DNA of 64,000 bases, taken from a virus (Duplodnaviria > Caudoviricetes). Numbering within the stretch: position 1 is the stretch's first letter; every line of letters begins with the position of its first letter. The position numbers were made by a program, and so were the translations under genes. Shown in pieces: positions 9,781-18,841 of the stretch. The DNA lies in IMG/VR virus record IMGVR_UViG_2897059268_000002, positions 15,728 to 79,727 of that record. One strand, given 5' to 3'. Under the pieces are notes generated by a model that saw only the letters and a list, made by a program, of their open reading frames with translations, was not told the DNA's origin and did not search any database.

Positions 9781-10665
9781 ATGCCGACCAGCAACCAGCC
9801 CCACCTCGCCAGCGAGTCTCCACGCCAAGACAAGAGGCTTACCGGACTCCACATCCTGGCCATCGTGGTGCTCCCTCCCGTCCTCTTCGCACAGATCGTT
9901 CTCGCTGTTGAATTTGGCGATGACCTAGCTAACGCTATCCGGGACGGCAGTCCCATCGCGCAGGCCCTTGTGTTCGGCGGCGGGCTATCAGTCATGTGGC
10001 TAGCAAGCTTGCTAGCCGACAGCACTGACCCCGAAGAAGGCGAGAGCAGGCAACGTCTCACTCAAGCAGAGTCCGCTCTCACTGACGCTCTCCGCGGGAG
10101 CTTGGCCCACCAGCCGCACGACTCCCTCCCTGACCTGCAACGGTCAGAGGGCAGCGAAGCCTCAGATGGCAACCGACCCCTCAGGCAAAGGCTCCTCGGG
10201 CTAGCAGAGTTATGGGAAGCTACCCACGCCCGCCTCGACCTTTACCACCACATCGCAACCGGCCAGGCCAAGACGTCTTTCCGGAACGCCCAGGTCGCCA
10301 TGGCCGCCGGCTTCTTCCTCCTGGTCGTCTTCGCTGGCATCGCCGTCTGGGCCAGCACCACCGCAGTCGCCATCGTGGCCGGCGGGCTCGGCGCCGTATC
10401 CGCGGCCCTCGCCGGCTACGTCGCCAGAACGTTCATCCGCTCCCAGGAGTCCGCCGCCACCCACCTCCGGTCCTACTTCGACCAACCGCTCGAACTCTCC
10501 CGCTACCTTGCCGCGGAACGGTTGGTTGCCGACGGAGACCTCACCCAAGAACAGCGTGGGGAAATCCTCTCCGCCCTCGTCCAAGCCATGGTCGCCGGAC
10601 CACAACCGCCAGCCCCAGCCCAGCCCGTCGTCCTCGCCTCCGTCCCAGGGCAACCAGGGGCGTGA
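9781..10665 (+). CDS. Membrane protein resembling the TRADD-N-associated TM domain
   Basis: Four hydrophobic segments; LDLYH...QAKTSFRNAQVAMAAGF...AALAGYVARTFIRSQE pattern. Confidence 0.6.
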   Translation: MPTSNQPHLASESPRQDKRLTGLHILAIVVLPPVLFAQIVLAVEFGDDLANAIRDGSPIAQALVFGGGLSVMWLASLLADSTDPEEGESRQRLTQAESALTDALRGSLAHQPHDSLPDLQRSEGSEASDGNRPLRQRLLGLAELWEATHARLDLYHHIATGQAKTSFRNAQVAMAAGFFLLVVFAGIAVWASTTAVAIVAGGLGAVSAALAGYVARTFIRSQESAATHLRSYFDQPLELSRYLAAERLVADGDLTQEQRGEILSALVQAMVAGPQPPAPAQPVVLASVPGQPGA

Positions 10666-10788
10666 GCGCCGAAGCAGGAGACCTGAGCACATCCCCCAGC
10701 CCAGCGAAGAGAACCCCTGCGAGTGACGCTCGGAGACACGCCGCCTGGCGTTCGCGGCGCTCCTGCCGAGAGCCACTAAGAAGCCAGC

Positions 10789-11178
10789 ATGAGCGAACCC
10801 TACGACTTCGACTTCGAGCTCCACGTTGCACTGCGTGAAGGCCTTGGGCGGCGATCCGAACGTAGCCACGGCGCCGTGGTCTTCGGTCAACTGGCCAAAG
10901 TCATCTACCAGCAGTTGGGGAGAGAGGACTCGCTCAGGTTCTTCCGGTGCGCCATCGCGGAAACTACAGCACCCGGAGAGCACGGCCGGTATCTGCTGCT
11001 CAGTGACCGGCTTTCCAGGGCGCTCTGGACCGAGTTCGGCGATGGCGAAGACGAGCGCGTAAACGCAGCTTGGCACATCTTCATCACCGCCCACAGAGTC
11101 GCAGGGGACCAGGAGGCTATCCGCGTGTCCCGATGCATCCTCGAAGCGCTGAGCGCCGAACACGTACACGCCGCGTGA
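10789..11178 (+). CDS. Hypothetical protein
   Basis: 129-aa ORF with ATG start, no motif recognised. Confidence 0.55.
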   Translation: MSEPYDFDFELHVALREGLGRRSERSHGAVVFGQLAKVIYQQLGREDSLRFFRCAIAETTAPGEHGRYLLLSDRLSRALWTEFGDGEDERVNAAWHIFITAHRVAGDQEAIRVSRCILEALSAEHVHAA

Positions 11179-11312
11179 TGCAGAAGCCCTGCGGGTGGCC
11201 AGCAGAAAGGGCCGGCGGGGAACCACCTCGCCGACGCCTCCTGGACGGGTAGTGGGCAGGACCGGATACGGCCGGGCAGCACCAGCTGCCCGGCCGTAAG
11301 AATCCGCAGAGG

Positions 11313-11792
11313 TCAGGCGCCCGCCGAGGACTGAACCCCCGCAAGGGCCTCCTCGATCACACCCAAGAACTCGCCCGCCGCATCCTGCCGCCACGCCGTC
11401 GCATGCAGAAACGCCTCCGCCAGCTCGGCGAACCCGTTCCGCTCACCCGCCGCCCGTTCCAACGCCCTCGCCACAGCAAACACTCGCCGCGACACCCGCT
11501 GCCGCTCCACCACCAGCTCCGCGAACGCCAACACCTCGGTCAGGGCGTGATCCGGCGACGCCTCCAGCACCAGACCACCACGCTTGTCCCGGAAGAACGA
11601 CAACGTCGACTCCCCGCCCGAGGAACTGTTCAGGCGCAGACTGATGCTGTGCTCCGCGGCGAACGCCCACAGCCTCGCGCCGACGTCCGCAGGCGAGGCC
11701 TGGGCCGGCGGCGGAGGGGGAACCGGGGCCGACAAGACCGAGGCGGAGGCGGGGGAGGACAGCACCGACGACTTGTTTCTTGTTACGCTCAC
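11313..11792 (-). CDS. Hypothetical protein
   Basis: 159-aa ORF with purine-rich RBS (GGAAGAAGG) upstream. Confidence 0.55.
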   Translation of the reverse strand: MSVTRNKSSVLSSPASASVLSAPVPPPPPAQASPADVGARLWAFAAEHSISLRLNSSSGGESTLSFFRDKRGGLVLEASPDHALTEVLAFAELVVERQRVSRRVFAVARALERAAGERNGFAELAEAFLHATAWRQDAAGEFLGVIEEALAGVQSSAGA

Positions 11793-11853
11793 GGATAGAC
11801 CTTCTTCCTGAGACGGAGCGGGTTGAAGACCAGCTGGTGATGCGGCTGGTCCC

Positions 11854-11882
11854 GGCCCAGGCGCCTGATACGCGCCTGGGCC
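11854..11882. other. Perfect 11-bp stem-loop
   Basis: GGCCCAGGCGC-ctgatac-GCGCCTGGGCC. Confidence 0.6.
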
Positions 11883-12042
11883 TCTTGCATGACCGGGGTG
11901 ATAGCCCGGGGTACTGCGAGCGCCAGGTGATGAGCCCGACGTGGGATGAGACTAGATCGCGCCAAGAGACACCTAGCGCACGATGATCCGAAAATAGCTA
12001 CCTCTCTCCTTGCAACTTTGACGGTTCCGACATGTTGGAAAC

Positions 12043-12671
12043 CGCAGGTCAGAGATCAGATTGACCCTTTCAGGAAGTCGCTGACCTCCTAGCTTTTCAC
12101 TTTGCTGGTGCCCGGATGATTGCCTAACTGGATTTCGGCAAGTACCTTCATCAGCCCGCAAAGCTGACCGAAACCCGACCACGGCCACCGGCCAGCATGC
12201 GCACGGTCCCCGACTCGCGATGCCACGTGGAAGGAACTTAGTTCAGGACAGCCAGTGCGAGACGCTGGACCGGCCATCTCTCTCTGTAGTTTCCTGCATG
12301 TCTTAATAGACAGAACGCGCAGGTCAGAGGACTCATTATCCCCCTCGGTGGACCGCTGACCTCCGACTTCCTTCACCTTCCGTTGCGTATTCGCGTTTCG
12401 GTGTGGTCCCTTTTAGTGCAGTTTTGGCGTAAATCTGGAACCTGGAAGATGTGTCCGGAAAATGGTCCTGCTCCCAGTCGCGCGCCACCCAAACGGAGCG
12501 CCTTGAAGTTCGGTACGAGGGAGAGGCTAGACCCGGCCACCCCAACTCCCTTCTGAACCAAAGGTGAAGTAGACACCCCGACCTCCACCCAACCCGCTCA
12601 TCCGAGCGCGAGTCGAAGGATGCTTCGCAGGTCAGGGCATGATCCCTCCGGACCGGCGCGCCCCTGACCTC
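12043..12671. repeat. Three spaced inverted-repeat units CGCAGGTCAG-N28-CTGACCTC
   Basis: Units at 12043-12088, 12318-12363 and 12626-12671; the spacer is exactly 28 nt in each. Confidence 0.85.
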
Positions 12672-12897
12672 GCACAACCCCTCAACACGAGGCTCATTTG
12701 TCGCCAGAAACGTTGCTTGCGCCTCCGCAAAACACCACAACCCAGGCGCGACCGGGTTGGCCGTAAACCCTCACTACAACCCCCATCCGTTCCGAGTGAG
12801 CCGACCATCAGGCAGCCGCAACCCCGTGCGGAGGAGGTGTGTATGAGGCGGCCACACCCAGACCAACGTGTCGGGCAGGTGCCGGGTTATGGACGAG

Positions 12898-13386
12898 TCA
12901 GGCAGCGGGGCGGAGGTCGGAGTTGTGGACGATGTTGTGCAGCGGGCGCTCTGACTTGATCGCGAGAGCTTCCGCAGCGAACGCCTCCGGCCGACTCCCG
13001 AACCACTCAATCGAGAAGTTCGCCACGTCCTGCCACCATGACTTGTCCTTCGCGTGCTCCGGCCAGCGGCGCAGCGGGTCGTCACTGATGCCGACGTAGA
13101 GGAGTTGCTGCGTGGTATCGCGAAGGCGGTAGACGGCCGTGGGAGCCGAGGGGAGGATCTTTCGTCGCCTGACCGTGAGCACGTAGTTCAACGGGGAGTC
13201 GTAGTCCTCTGCAGGCTCATAGAAGATGCCGGGCCCTGCTGACTTGCAATGCTCCCTACCGGTGCCCAGGTACTGCCAGTAGCGGAGGTACTCGGGGTAG
13301 AGCTCACGGAGGAACGGGTGAACACCTCCGGGGCGGATGGTGTCGTACAGGTCGTCGAGCGTGATGGGCTCGGATAGTTCGGTCAC
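12898..13386 (-). CDS. GIY-YIG nuclease family protein
   Basis: AVYRL...LLYVGISDDPLRRWPEH...AE..AI...P.HN. Confidence 0.85.
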   Translation of the reverse strand: MTELSEPITLDDLYDTIRPGGVHPFLRELYPEYLRYWQYLGTGREHCKSAGPGIFYEPAEDYDSPLNYVLTVRRRKILPSAPTAVYRLRDTTQQLLYVGISDDPLRRWPEHAKDKSWWQDVANFSIEWFGSRPEAFAAEALAIKSERPLHNIVHNSDLRPAA

Positions 13387-13458
13387 ACGAAGCTCCTTTC
13401 GGGCGCGGCAAAGGGTGGCGCCGAATGCGGACGGTGCCGCTTCGACTACTAGGAAGCG

Positions 13459-13484
13459 TAGCTCTATAGAGCAATTGAAAGCTA
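13459..13484. promoter_or_regulatory. Candidate GntR/KorSA-type operator, copy 1
   Basis: Palindrome GCTCTATAGAGC followed by AATTGAAAGCTA, between the divergent GIY-YIG and gntR genes. Confidence 0.6.
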
Positions 13485-13554
13485 GTGGTTCTCGCGAGAT
13501 CGGCTAGCCCGGTCGTTGACCAGGGGTGATGCGTAGCGGGTAGCGTTGCTCTAG

Positions 13555-14343
13555 ATGAATCCACCTATAGGAGCGCCCGTGGAACGCAAGGCCGGCGAAC
13601 GCAAGTACAGAGAGGTCGCCGATGACCTGCGTCGGCGCATCGCTGAGGGGGAGTTCAGCGAGGGGCGCCGCAAGCTTCCCTCGGAGCGCGACCTCGTTGA
13701 GCAGTACAAGGCGATCACCACTTCGGCGATGACCATCCGCCAGGCCTTGTCTGTTCTGCGGGATGAAGGTCTTGTCGAGTCGCGCGTGGGCTCGGGGTGG
13801 TACGTCGCGGAGTGGAAGCCCATCGTCAGGAACGCCCTGGACCGGCTCTTTCCGGATCGGTGGGGCGAGGCGGAGTCCATGTGGGACGTCGACATCGAAG
13901 GTCGCCGGCTCGACGTAGAAGACCTGCGCGTTCAGTTCGCTCCGGCTCCACCTGAAGCCGCCCGCGTCCTCGGCGTTGGATCCAAGGTCAAGGTGTGGCA
14001 CCGGGATCGCCGATACGTGGTGGACGGCGTGCCGGTCATGAGGGCCGCCTCCTACATCCCTGACGAGTTCGCTCGCGGCACCCAGATCACCGAGAGCGAC
14101 ACGGGGAAGGGTGGCGTCTACGCGAGGCTCCGCGAAGCAGGGCACGGACCTGTCAGCTTCCGTGAGCAGATGCGGGGCAGGCCTGCTACCGCAGCCGAGG
14201 TCGACGATCTCCGCCTGGCTAAGGGTGCGACCGTGATCGAGCAGCACAGGATCGCGAGACGTGAAGACGGCCGTGTCGTGGAGTGCAGCCGAATGATTCT
14301 GGACGCTTCTCGATACCTTCTTGTCTACGACTTCGAGGCCTGA
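13555..14343 (+). CDS. GntR family regulator with UTRA domain (KorSA/TraR-like transfer repressor)
   Basis: KYREVADDLRRRI...KLPSERDL...TIRQALSVLRDEGLVESRVGSGWYV wHTH plus UTRA; heads the transfer region. Confidence 0.9.
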   Translation: MNPPIGAPVERKAGERKYREVADDLRRRIAEGEFSEGRRKLPSERDLVEQYKAITTSAMTIRQALSVLRDEGLVESRVGSGWYVAEWKPIVRNALDRLFPDRWGEAESMWDVDIEGRRLDVEDLRVQFAPAPPEAARVLGVGSKVKVWHRDRRYVVDGVPVMRAASYIPDEFARGTQITESDTGKGGVYARLREAGHGPVSFREQMRGRPATAAEVDDLRLAKGATVIEQHRIARREDGRVVECSRMILDASRYLLVYDFEA

Positions 14344-14350
14344 CCTGCGC

Positions 14351-14387
14351 TTTTGGGCCCTCACCCTGCCGGGTGGGGGCCCTTTCT
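14351..14387 (+). terminator. Intrinsic terminator
   Basis: GGGCCCTCACCC/GGGTGGGGGCCC stem followed by TTT, just after the gntR stop. Confidence 0.65.
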
Positions 14388-14409
14388 GCTGCCTCCGATG
14401 ACTCATTCT

Positions 14410-14440
14410 CTCTATAGAGGCATTGATTGCTACATAGCAG
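14410..14440. promoter_or_regulatory. Candidate GntR/KorSA-type operator, copy 2, at the transfer-operon promoter
   Basis: CTCTATAGAG-GCATTGATTGCTA matches the 13462 site. Confidence 0.6.
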
Positions 14441-14488
14441 TGTGGTTACCTATGGGTGTCACCCCAGCCGAGCAAATGGGAGCACTCA

Positions 14489-14722
14489 ATGACGCCCACC
14501 CCTGCCGCTCCCATGAGCGGCTACCTGACCACCGGCCAGGCGGCAGCCCGGATCGGATCCACCCCCCAGTACGTCCGCGAGCTCATCCATGCCGGGCACT
14601 TCGACGCCATCGACATCGGCACCGGCGAGCGCGCCCGGTTCCGGGTCACCGCTGAGTCCGTCGAGAAGTTCCTCACCGCCCGCGCCGTCCGCCCCGCCTC
14701 CCCGTCGGAGGTGGCGGCATGA
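14489..14722 (+). CDS. Excisionase-like HTH_17 DNA-binding protein
   Basis: YLTTGQAAARIGSTPQYVRELI...FRVTAESVEKFL. Confidence 0.8.
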   Translation: MTPTPAAPMSGYLTTGQAAARIGSTPQYVRELIHAGHFDAIDIGTGERARFRVTAESVEKFLTARAVRPASPSEVAA

Positions 14723-14886
14723 CCCCGCCGATCACCCCGCCGTCCGCCCCGCTCTCTCCGACGGACATCGCCGCCCACGAGGCTGGCTCGTATGTCCGCC
14801 GCACGGTGACCCCGACCCGCGAGTCGGTCACCCTCCCCGCCGAGTCTCCGGCCCGCCGCCGGCTGATTTCCCTGCGACGTCTCTGA
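14719..14886 (+). CDS. Small hypothetical protein (55 aa)
   Basis: ATGA and TGATG coupling on both sides. Confidence 0.45.
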   Translation: MTPPITPPSAPLSPTDIAAHEAGSYVRRTVTPTRESVTLPAESPARRRLISLRRL

Positions 14887-15020
14887 TGGCCGCGGCCGAG
14901 CAGCCCCGCGAGAACACGATCGTCGCGGAGCCCGCCACCCCCGACGCCTGCAAGCGCGACTACCAGGCGGCTGCTGATGTTCGGGCGCAGTTGGCCCGGC
15001 AGGAAGCCCGCCGCCGGTAG
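14886..15020 (+). CDS. Small hypothetical protein
   Basis: Coupled start; EPATPDACKRDYQAAADVRAQL. Confidence 0.5.
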   Translation: MAAAEQPRENTIVAEPATPDACKRDYQAAADVRAQLARQEARRR

Positions 15021-15107
15021 CACCCCCAGTCCGCCGCTCCTGCCCGGTGTCCGACCCCCGTCCCGGGCGGGAGCGGTACTCCACCCCCACCCTTTGGAAG
15101 GACAGTC

Positions 15108-15350
15108 ATGCCCGCGAATCTCGACATTCCTGATGTGCACGTGCTGTTGGCCGCCGAGGGCACCCTGCACCTCGACAGCCCGCAGAGCGAGGCCGACGTG
15201 GCCGCCGCGGTCACCCAGGCGGTTGTGGCCGCCACCCAGGCGTACCGGGTCGCTTACGCCCACGCCGGTGGTGACGACGAGAACGAGACCGTTGACGGCC
15301 TCGACATGGCGTTCCATCTGCTCCGCGGCATCGCCAACGACCTGAAGTAA
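15108..15350 (+). CDS. Hypothetical protein
   Basis: RBS GAAGGA, GC3 bias. Confidence 0.65.
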   Translation: MPANLDIPDVHVLLAAEGTLHLDSPQSEADVAAAVTQAVVAATQAYRVAYAHAGGDDENETVDGLDMAFHLLRGIANDLK

Positions 15351-15393
15351 CCCCCACCCCAAACACTCCATCACCCAACCGAAGGGCACCCCC

Positions 15394-15678
15394 ATGTCTC
15401 TGGAACTGATCCACTCTGCTTTCGACGCCCACGAGGCCGAGAAGGCCACTGAGCTGGCCGCCGAATTGGCCAGCCAGGTAGACGCCTACGAGGCGGAGGA
15501 GGCGACCCGCCTGGACCTCGCCGCCCGATACGAGATCGCCCTCGGGAACGGCGACCTGCTCGGCATCCGGCGGATTGAGGCGCTCGCTGCCAGCTTCGAG
15601 CTCCTCCACCCTGGGGCACCTCGGGTCCTTGCGGACTGGCACGACGGCATCCGCTACGACGCCCCGGTCGCAGCCTGA
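15394..15678 (+). CDS. Hypothetical protein
   Basis: RBS GAAGGG, GC3 bias. Confidence 0.65.
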   Translation: MSLELIHSAFDAHEAEKATELAAELASQVDAYEAEEATRLDLAARYEIALGNGDLLGIRRIEALAASFELLHPGAPRVLADWHDGIRYDAPVAA

Positions 15679-15860
15679 TGGCCGCCTACAGCGCAGGCGA
15701 CCAGGTCGACATGCACGACCTGCCCGAGCACTGCGGTGCACCGATGGAGCTCTACCGGGCTTACGCCACCGACTACGAGGTGGTCTGCCGGGGCCGGGAC
15801 TACGGATTCGGAGTCGACCACGACGGCGTCATCCGCACCTCGCCCACCAACACCCCCTGA
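15678..15860 (+). CDS. Small Cys-containing hypothetical protein
   Basis: TGATG coupling; HCGAPM...VVC. Confidence 0.55.
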   Translation: MAAYSAGDQVDMHDLPEHCGAPMELYRAYATDYEVVCRGRDYGFGVDHDGVIRTSPTNTP

Positions 15861-15952
15861 CCCCCCGGGCTGCCCTGTCGTCCCCAGCCCCACGGCTGGT
15901 GGCGGCGGAGTGGTCCGGGACCACCCGGACCCAACACCCAAGGAGAGCCCCC

Positions 15953-16165
15953 ATGGCCAGCGCCCGTCACTTCTTCAAGAGCCAGTCCGCCGAGCAGACC
16001 CGCGCCGACATCACCGCCGACATCAAGAACAGCCGCAAGGCGCAGCGTGAGGCTGCCGCGAACGGCCAGCACCGTGTCGCCGAGATGATGCGGCAGGGCG
16101 CCGACGAGGCCCTCGACGAGCTGAACCGGCTGAACGACGGCACGTGGAAGCCCAACCACGCATGA
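15953..16165 (+). CDS. Hypothetical protein of the transfer region
   Basis: RBS AAGGAG. Confidence 0.7.
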   Translation: MASARHFFKSQSAEQTRADITADIKNSRKAQREAAANGQHRVAEMMRQGADEALDELNRLNDGTWKPNHA

Positions 16166-16542
16166 GCATCGTCGGCATCATCTCGTTCGGCTTCCTGCAC
16201 GGTGAGCCCCCGGCCGCGCATCTGACGCTCGACCTGCGGCAGCACTTCCGGGACCCGCACGTGTCTCCGGAGCTGCGGTACATGACCGCGGCCGACGAAC
16301 CGGTGCAGCGGGCGGTCCTCGGAACCCCGGGCATCACCGGCCTGGTTGGGGCTGTGGCGGACGCGGTCTCCGCGTTCGCCGCGGGCCCCAGCGCCGGGCC
16401 CGTGACCGTTGCCGACGGGTGCGCGGGCGGCCGGCACCGGGCCCCCGTCTTCGCCCAGGCCCTCGCCGACCGGCTGACCGCCGACGGGCACACCGTCACC
16501 GTCCAGCACCGCGACCTGCACCGCCCCGTCGTCAACCGCTGA
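16162..16542 (+). CDS. RapZ C-terminal-domain-like protein
   Basis: SFGFLHG...DLRQHFRDP...GCAGGRHRA...VQHRDL matches the RapZ/YvcJ C-domain pattern. Confidence 0.8.
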   Translation: MSIVGIISFGFLHGEPPAAHLTLDLRQHFRDPHVSPELRYMTAADEPVQRAVLGTPGITGLVGAVADAVSAFAAGPSAGPVTVADGCAGGRHRAPVFAQALADRLTADGHTVTVQHRDLHRPVVNR

Positions 16543-16553
16543 AGGAGCACCCC

Positions 16554-16799
16554 ATGACCGCCATGACCGCCATGACCGAGACCCGTTCGCAGGAGATCGC
16601 CGCCGAGGCCCTGGCCAAGGCCGTGGAGTACGCCGACAGGGCTGGCCGGCTCGCCGCCCACGACACCGCGTGCAGCCTCCGGGACAACGGCCCGGCGATC
16701 ACCGCCTACAGCGGCCTCGCCACCGTCTACGCCGAGATCGCCAAGGCCGCCGCCGTCGTCGCCGCCGAGACCGGCCGCGCCATCTCTAAGCCCGCCTGA
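16554..16799 (+). CDS. Hypothetical protein of the transfer region
   Basis: RBS AAGGAG. Confidence 0.65.
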   Translation: MTAMTAMTETRSQEIAAEALAKAVEYADRAGRLAAHDTACSLRDNGPAITAYSGLATVYAEIAKAAAVVAAETGRAISKPA

Positions 16800-16834
16800 A
16801 TCGCTCCGCCCCACCAGGAAGGAACTGAACCGCC

Positions 16835-18226
16835 GTGACGACCAGCCCGCCTCAGGTGAACGGCCACCCCCGCACCCTGCCCGTCCTGGGGGAATGGCAG
16901 GCCATCACCAAAGCCATAGAGCAGCCCGTGGCCGCCGAAACGGCGAACGGGCCCACCGAACCCAAGCTCGACCTGATCGCCGAAGCTGAAGCCGAAGCGA
17001 TCCGGGCCCGCGCCGCCGCCGAGTCCGAAGCGCGCCGCAAAGCCGCCGAAGCCGAAGCCGAAGCCGTTCGTATCAAGGCCGAAGCCGAAGCCGAGAAGCA
17101 GCGCCTCGCGAATGAGCGAGCCGCCATGAAGCTGGAAGCCGACAAAGCAACCCACGCCAAGCGTCTCGCCGAGCTCGACGCACAGAAGGCTGCCGCCGAA
17201 GCCGCCGCGCTCAAGGCCCGCAAGGTATCCGAGGTCGAGGCTGGCCGGGCCGCCGCACGTGAAGCGGAGCAGAAGCGCACCGAGCACATTTGGAAGTGGG
17301 GTGCCCGCGCCATCTACGCAGTGGGACTGATCATCGCTTCCCCCATCCAGTTCCTCGCGTTCTGGGACAAGGAGCGCCCCTTCCTCGTCGCGGCTCCGGC
17401 TCTCCTAGAGGGGCTCGCCCTCGTTCTCGCCTTCGGTGCGGCGTGGGCTGTTGCTCACCGCCGAGACGTTCTGCCCTACCGCGTCGGCATCATGGTCGGT
17501 GCCTTGATCGCAGCAGGCATCAATTTGTGGCACGGACTCGACGACCCCGAGATCGGCCTCAACGCCGGAATCATCGGAGCCATCGCCTCCGTCGGCGGCC
17601 CGATTGTCCTCATGGCCTACGAGCACGGCATTGCGCAGAAGGCCGACGGGGTCCCGTCATGGCGCGAGCAGCGAGCCGCCGACAAGGCCCGCGAAGCAGA
17701 AGAAGCAGTCAAGTCGCAGGCGAAAGCCGAGAAGGAAGCAGCCGAAGGGAAGGCCGCCGCCGACAAGGCTGAGCAGCAGGCCCGGCTCGAAGCCGAACAG
17801 CAGCGCAAGGACGCCGACAGGCGGGACCAGCACAAGGACGTCTGGGACGTCGCCGAAGCCTTCCGTTCCGCCCGTGGCGCGCAGGTGGTGACCGAGCAGA
17901 TCTGGGCTGATGCCTGGTATCGGGTGACGGGCACCAAGCTCATCGGGATCCGGCCCGAGATCGAGGCTCAGAGCAGGCTCGCTGCGGCCCGCATGAAGGA
18001 CGCCTCGGAGTGCCCGGTTGGCGACGCTGCGTCGCAGGTCGAATCCCAAATGCCCCCCAGGCAGAAGAAGGACCAGGACGCCCCCGACGGGCGCCGCCAC
18101 AACGGCGGCATCCCGCCCATCCGGCAGCCCGGCGACACGACCCCCTACCACCGTGCTGCCGCCGTGTCGGCAGCCGACACCGCACGCCGTTCCGTGACCG
18201 CCCGAATCACAGCTGAGGAGAACTGA
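16835..18226 (+). CDS. Spd-like spreading membrane protein (coiled coil, 4 TM, coiled coil)
   Basis: Four central TM segments between Ala/Glu/Lys coiled coils; lies upstream of traA/traB. Confidence 0.65.
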   Translation: MTTSPPQVNGHPRTLPVLGEWQAITKAIEQPVAAETANGPTEPKLDLIAEAEAEAIRARAAAESEARRKAAEAEAEAVRIKAEAEAEKQRLANERAAMKLEADKATHAKRLAELDAQKAAAEAAALKARKVSEVEAGRAAAREAEQKRTEHIWKWGARAIYAVGLIIASPIQFLAFWDKERPFLVAAPALLEGLALVLAFGAAWAVAHRRDVLPYRVGIMVGALIAAGINLWHGLDDPEIGLNAGIIGAIASVGGPIVLMAYEHGIAQKADGVPSWREQRAADKAREAEEAVKSQAKAEKEAAEGKAAADKAEQQARLEAEQQRKDADRRDQHKDVWDVAEAFRSARGAQVVTEQIWADAWYRVTGTKLIGIRPEIEAQSRLAAARMKDASECPVGDAASQVESQMPPRQKKDQDAPDGRRHNGGIPPIRQPGDTTPYHRAAAVSAADTARRSVTARITAEEN

Positions 18227-18227
18227 T

Positions 18228-18806
18228 ATGAGCACTGCCGCCGACCAGGGATGGCCCTGGGCAGGGCCCCAGCCTTCCGTCCCGCCCCGCCCGCGTACTG
18301 AACCCACCAATGGCACCCGGCCGACCAGCGTGGACAACTCGAAGACGCGCACCGGCGGCGGGTTCAACCCGTCGATCGGGCTCGCCGTGAACAAGACCGT
18401 CGTGAACGGCAAGGGTGCCCCCGCGGCCCCCGGTGCCGGCGCCGCAGGCGGTACCGGGGGGAAGGTTCCCGGCTCCGACTTCATGTCCAACGAGGACATC
18501 CGCGCGTTCTGCGAGTACCTCCGCAAGGAGTCCCGGAACCGGGCCACCGAGCGGGCCATGGACGCCGACCACCTCGAAGCGGTCCTCCGCACCATCCCCG
18601 ACGGGGGAGGCAGCCTCCACGGAGCCCGCGCCCGGGCCCGCCGGGTGTCCCGGTGGCTGCGGAAGGTCGCCGCCGCGGAGAAGAACATCCAGAAGTACAG
18701 CGCCATGATCTACGGCACGTTCGAGCGGGAGTACGAGTCCGACCTGCGGAAGGTCGGCAAGGGCCGCACCCAGCCGCCCCGCCCCACCAAGTTCGGCTGG
18801 CGCTAA
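18228..18806 (+). CDS. TraA-like plasmid transfer protein
   Basis: Immediately upstream of traB; ARARARRVSRWL...FEREYE pattern. Confidence 0.6.
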   Translation: MSTAADQGWPWAGPQPSVPPRPRTEPTNGTRPTSVDNSKTRTGGGFNPSIGLAVNKTVVNGKGAPAAPGAGAAGGTGGKVPGSDFMSNEDIRAFCEYLRKESRNRATERAMDADHLEAVLRTIPDGGGSLHGARARARRVSRWLRKVAAAEKNIQKYSAMIYGTFEREYESDLRKVGKGRTQPPRPTKFGWR

Positions 18807-18841
18807 CCACCCCCGACCACCACCTGATCAGGAGTACACCC

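Noticed and set aside
12043-12671. CRISPR array interpretation of the N28 units
   Set aside because: Units are about 230-260 bp apart, not contiguous repeat-spacer; arms are only 8-10 nt; no cas genes are present.
11780-12959. Short ORFs in the non-coding block (11780-11986, 12089-12376, 12336-12740, 12639-12959)
   Set aside because: No Streptomyces GC3 bias, no clear RBS, no motifs, and they overlap one another.
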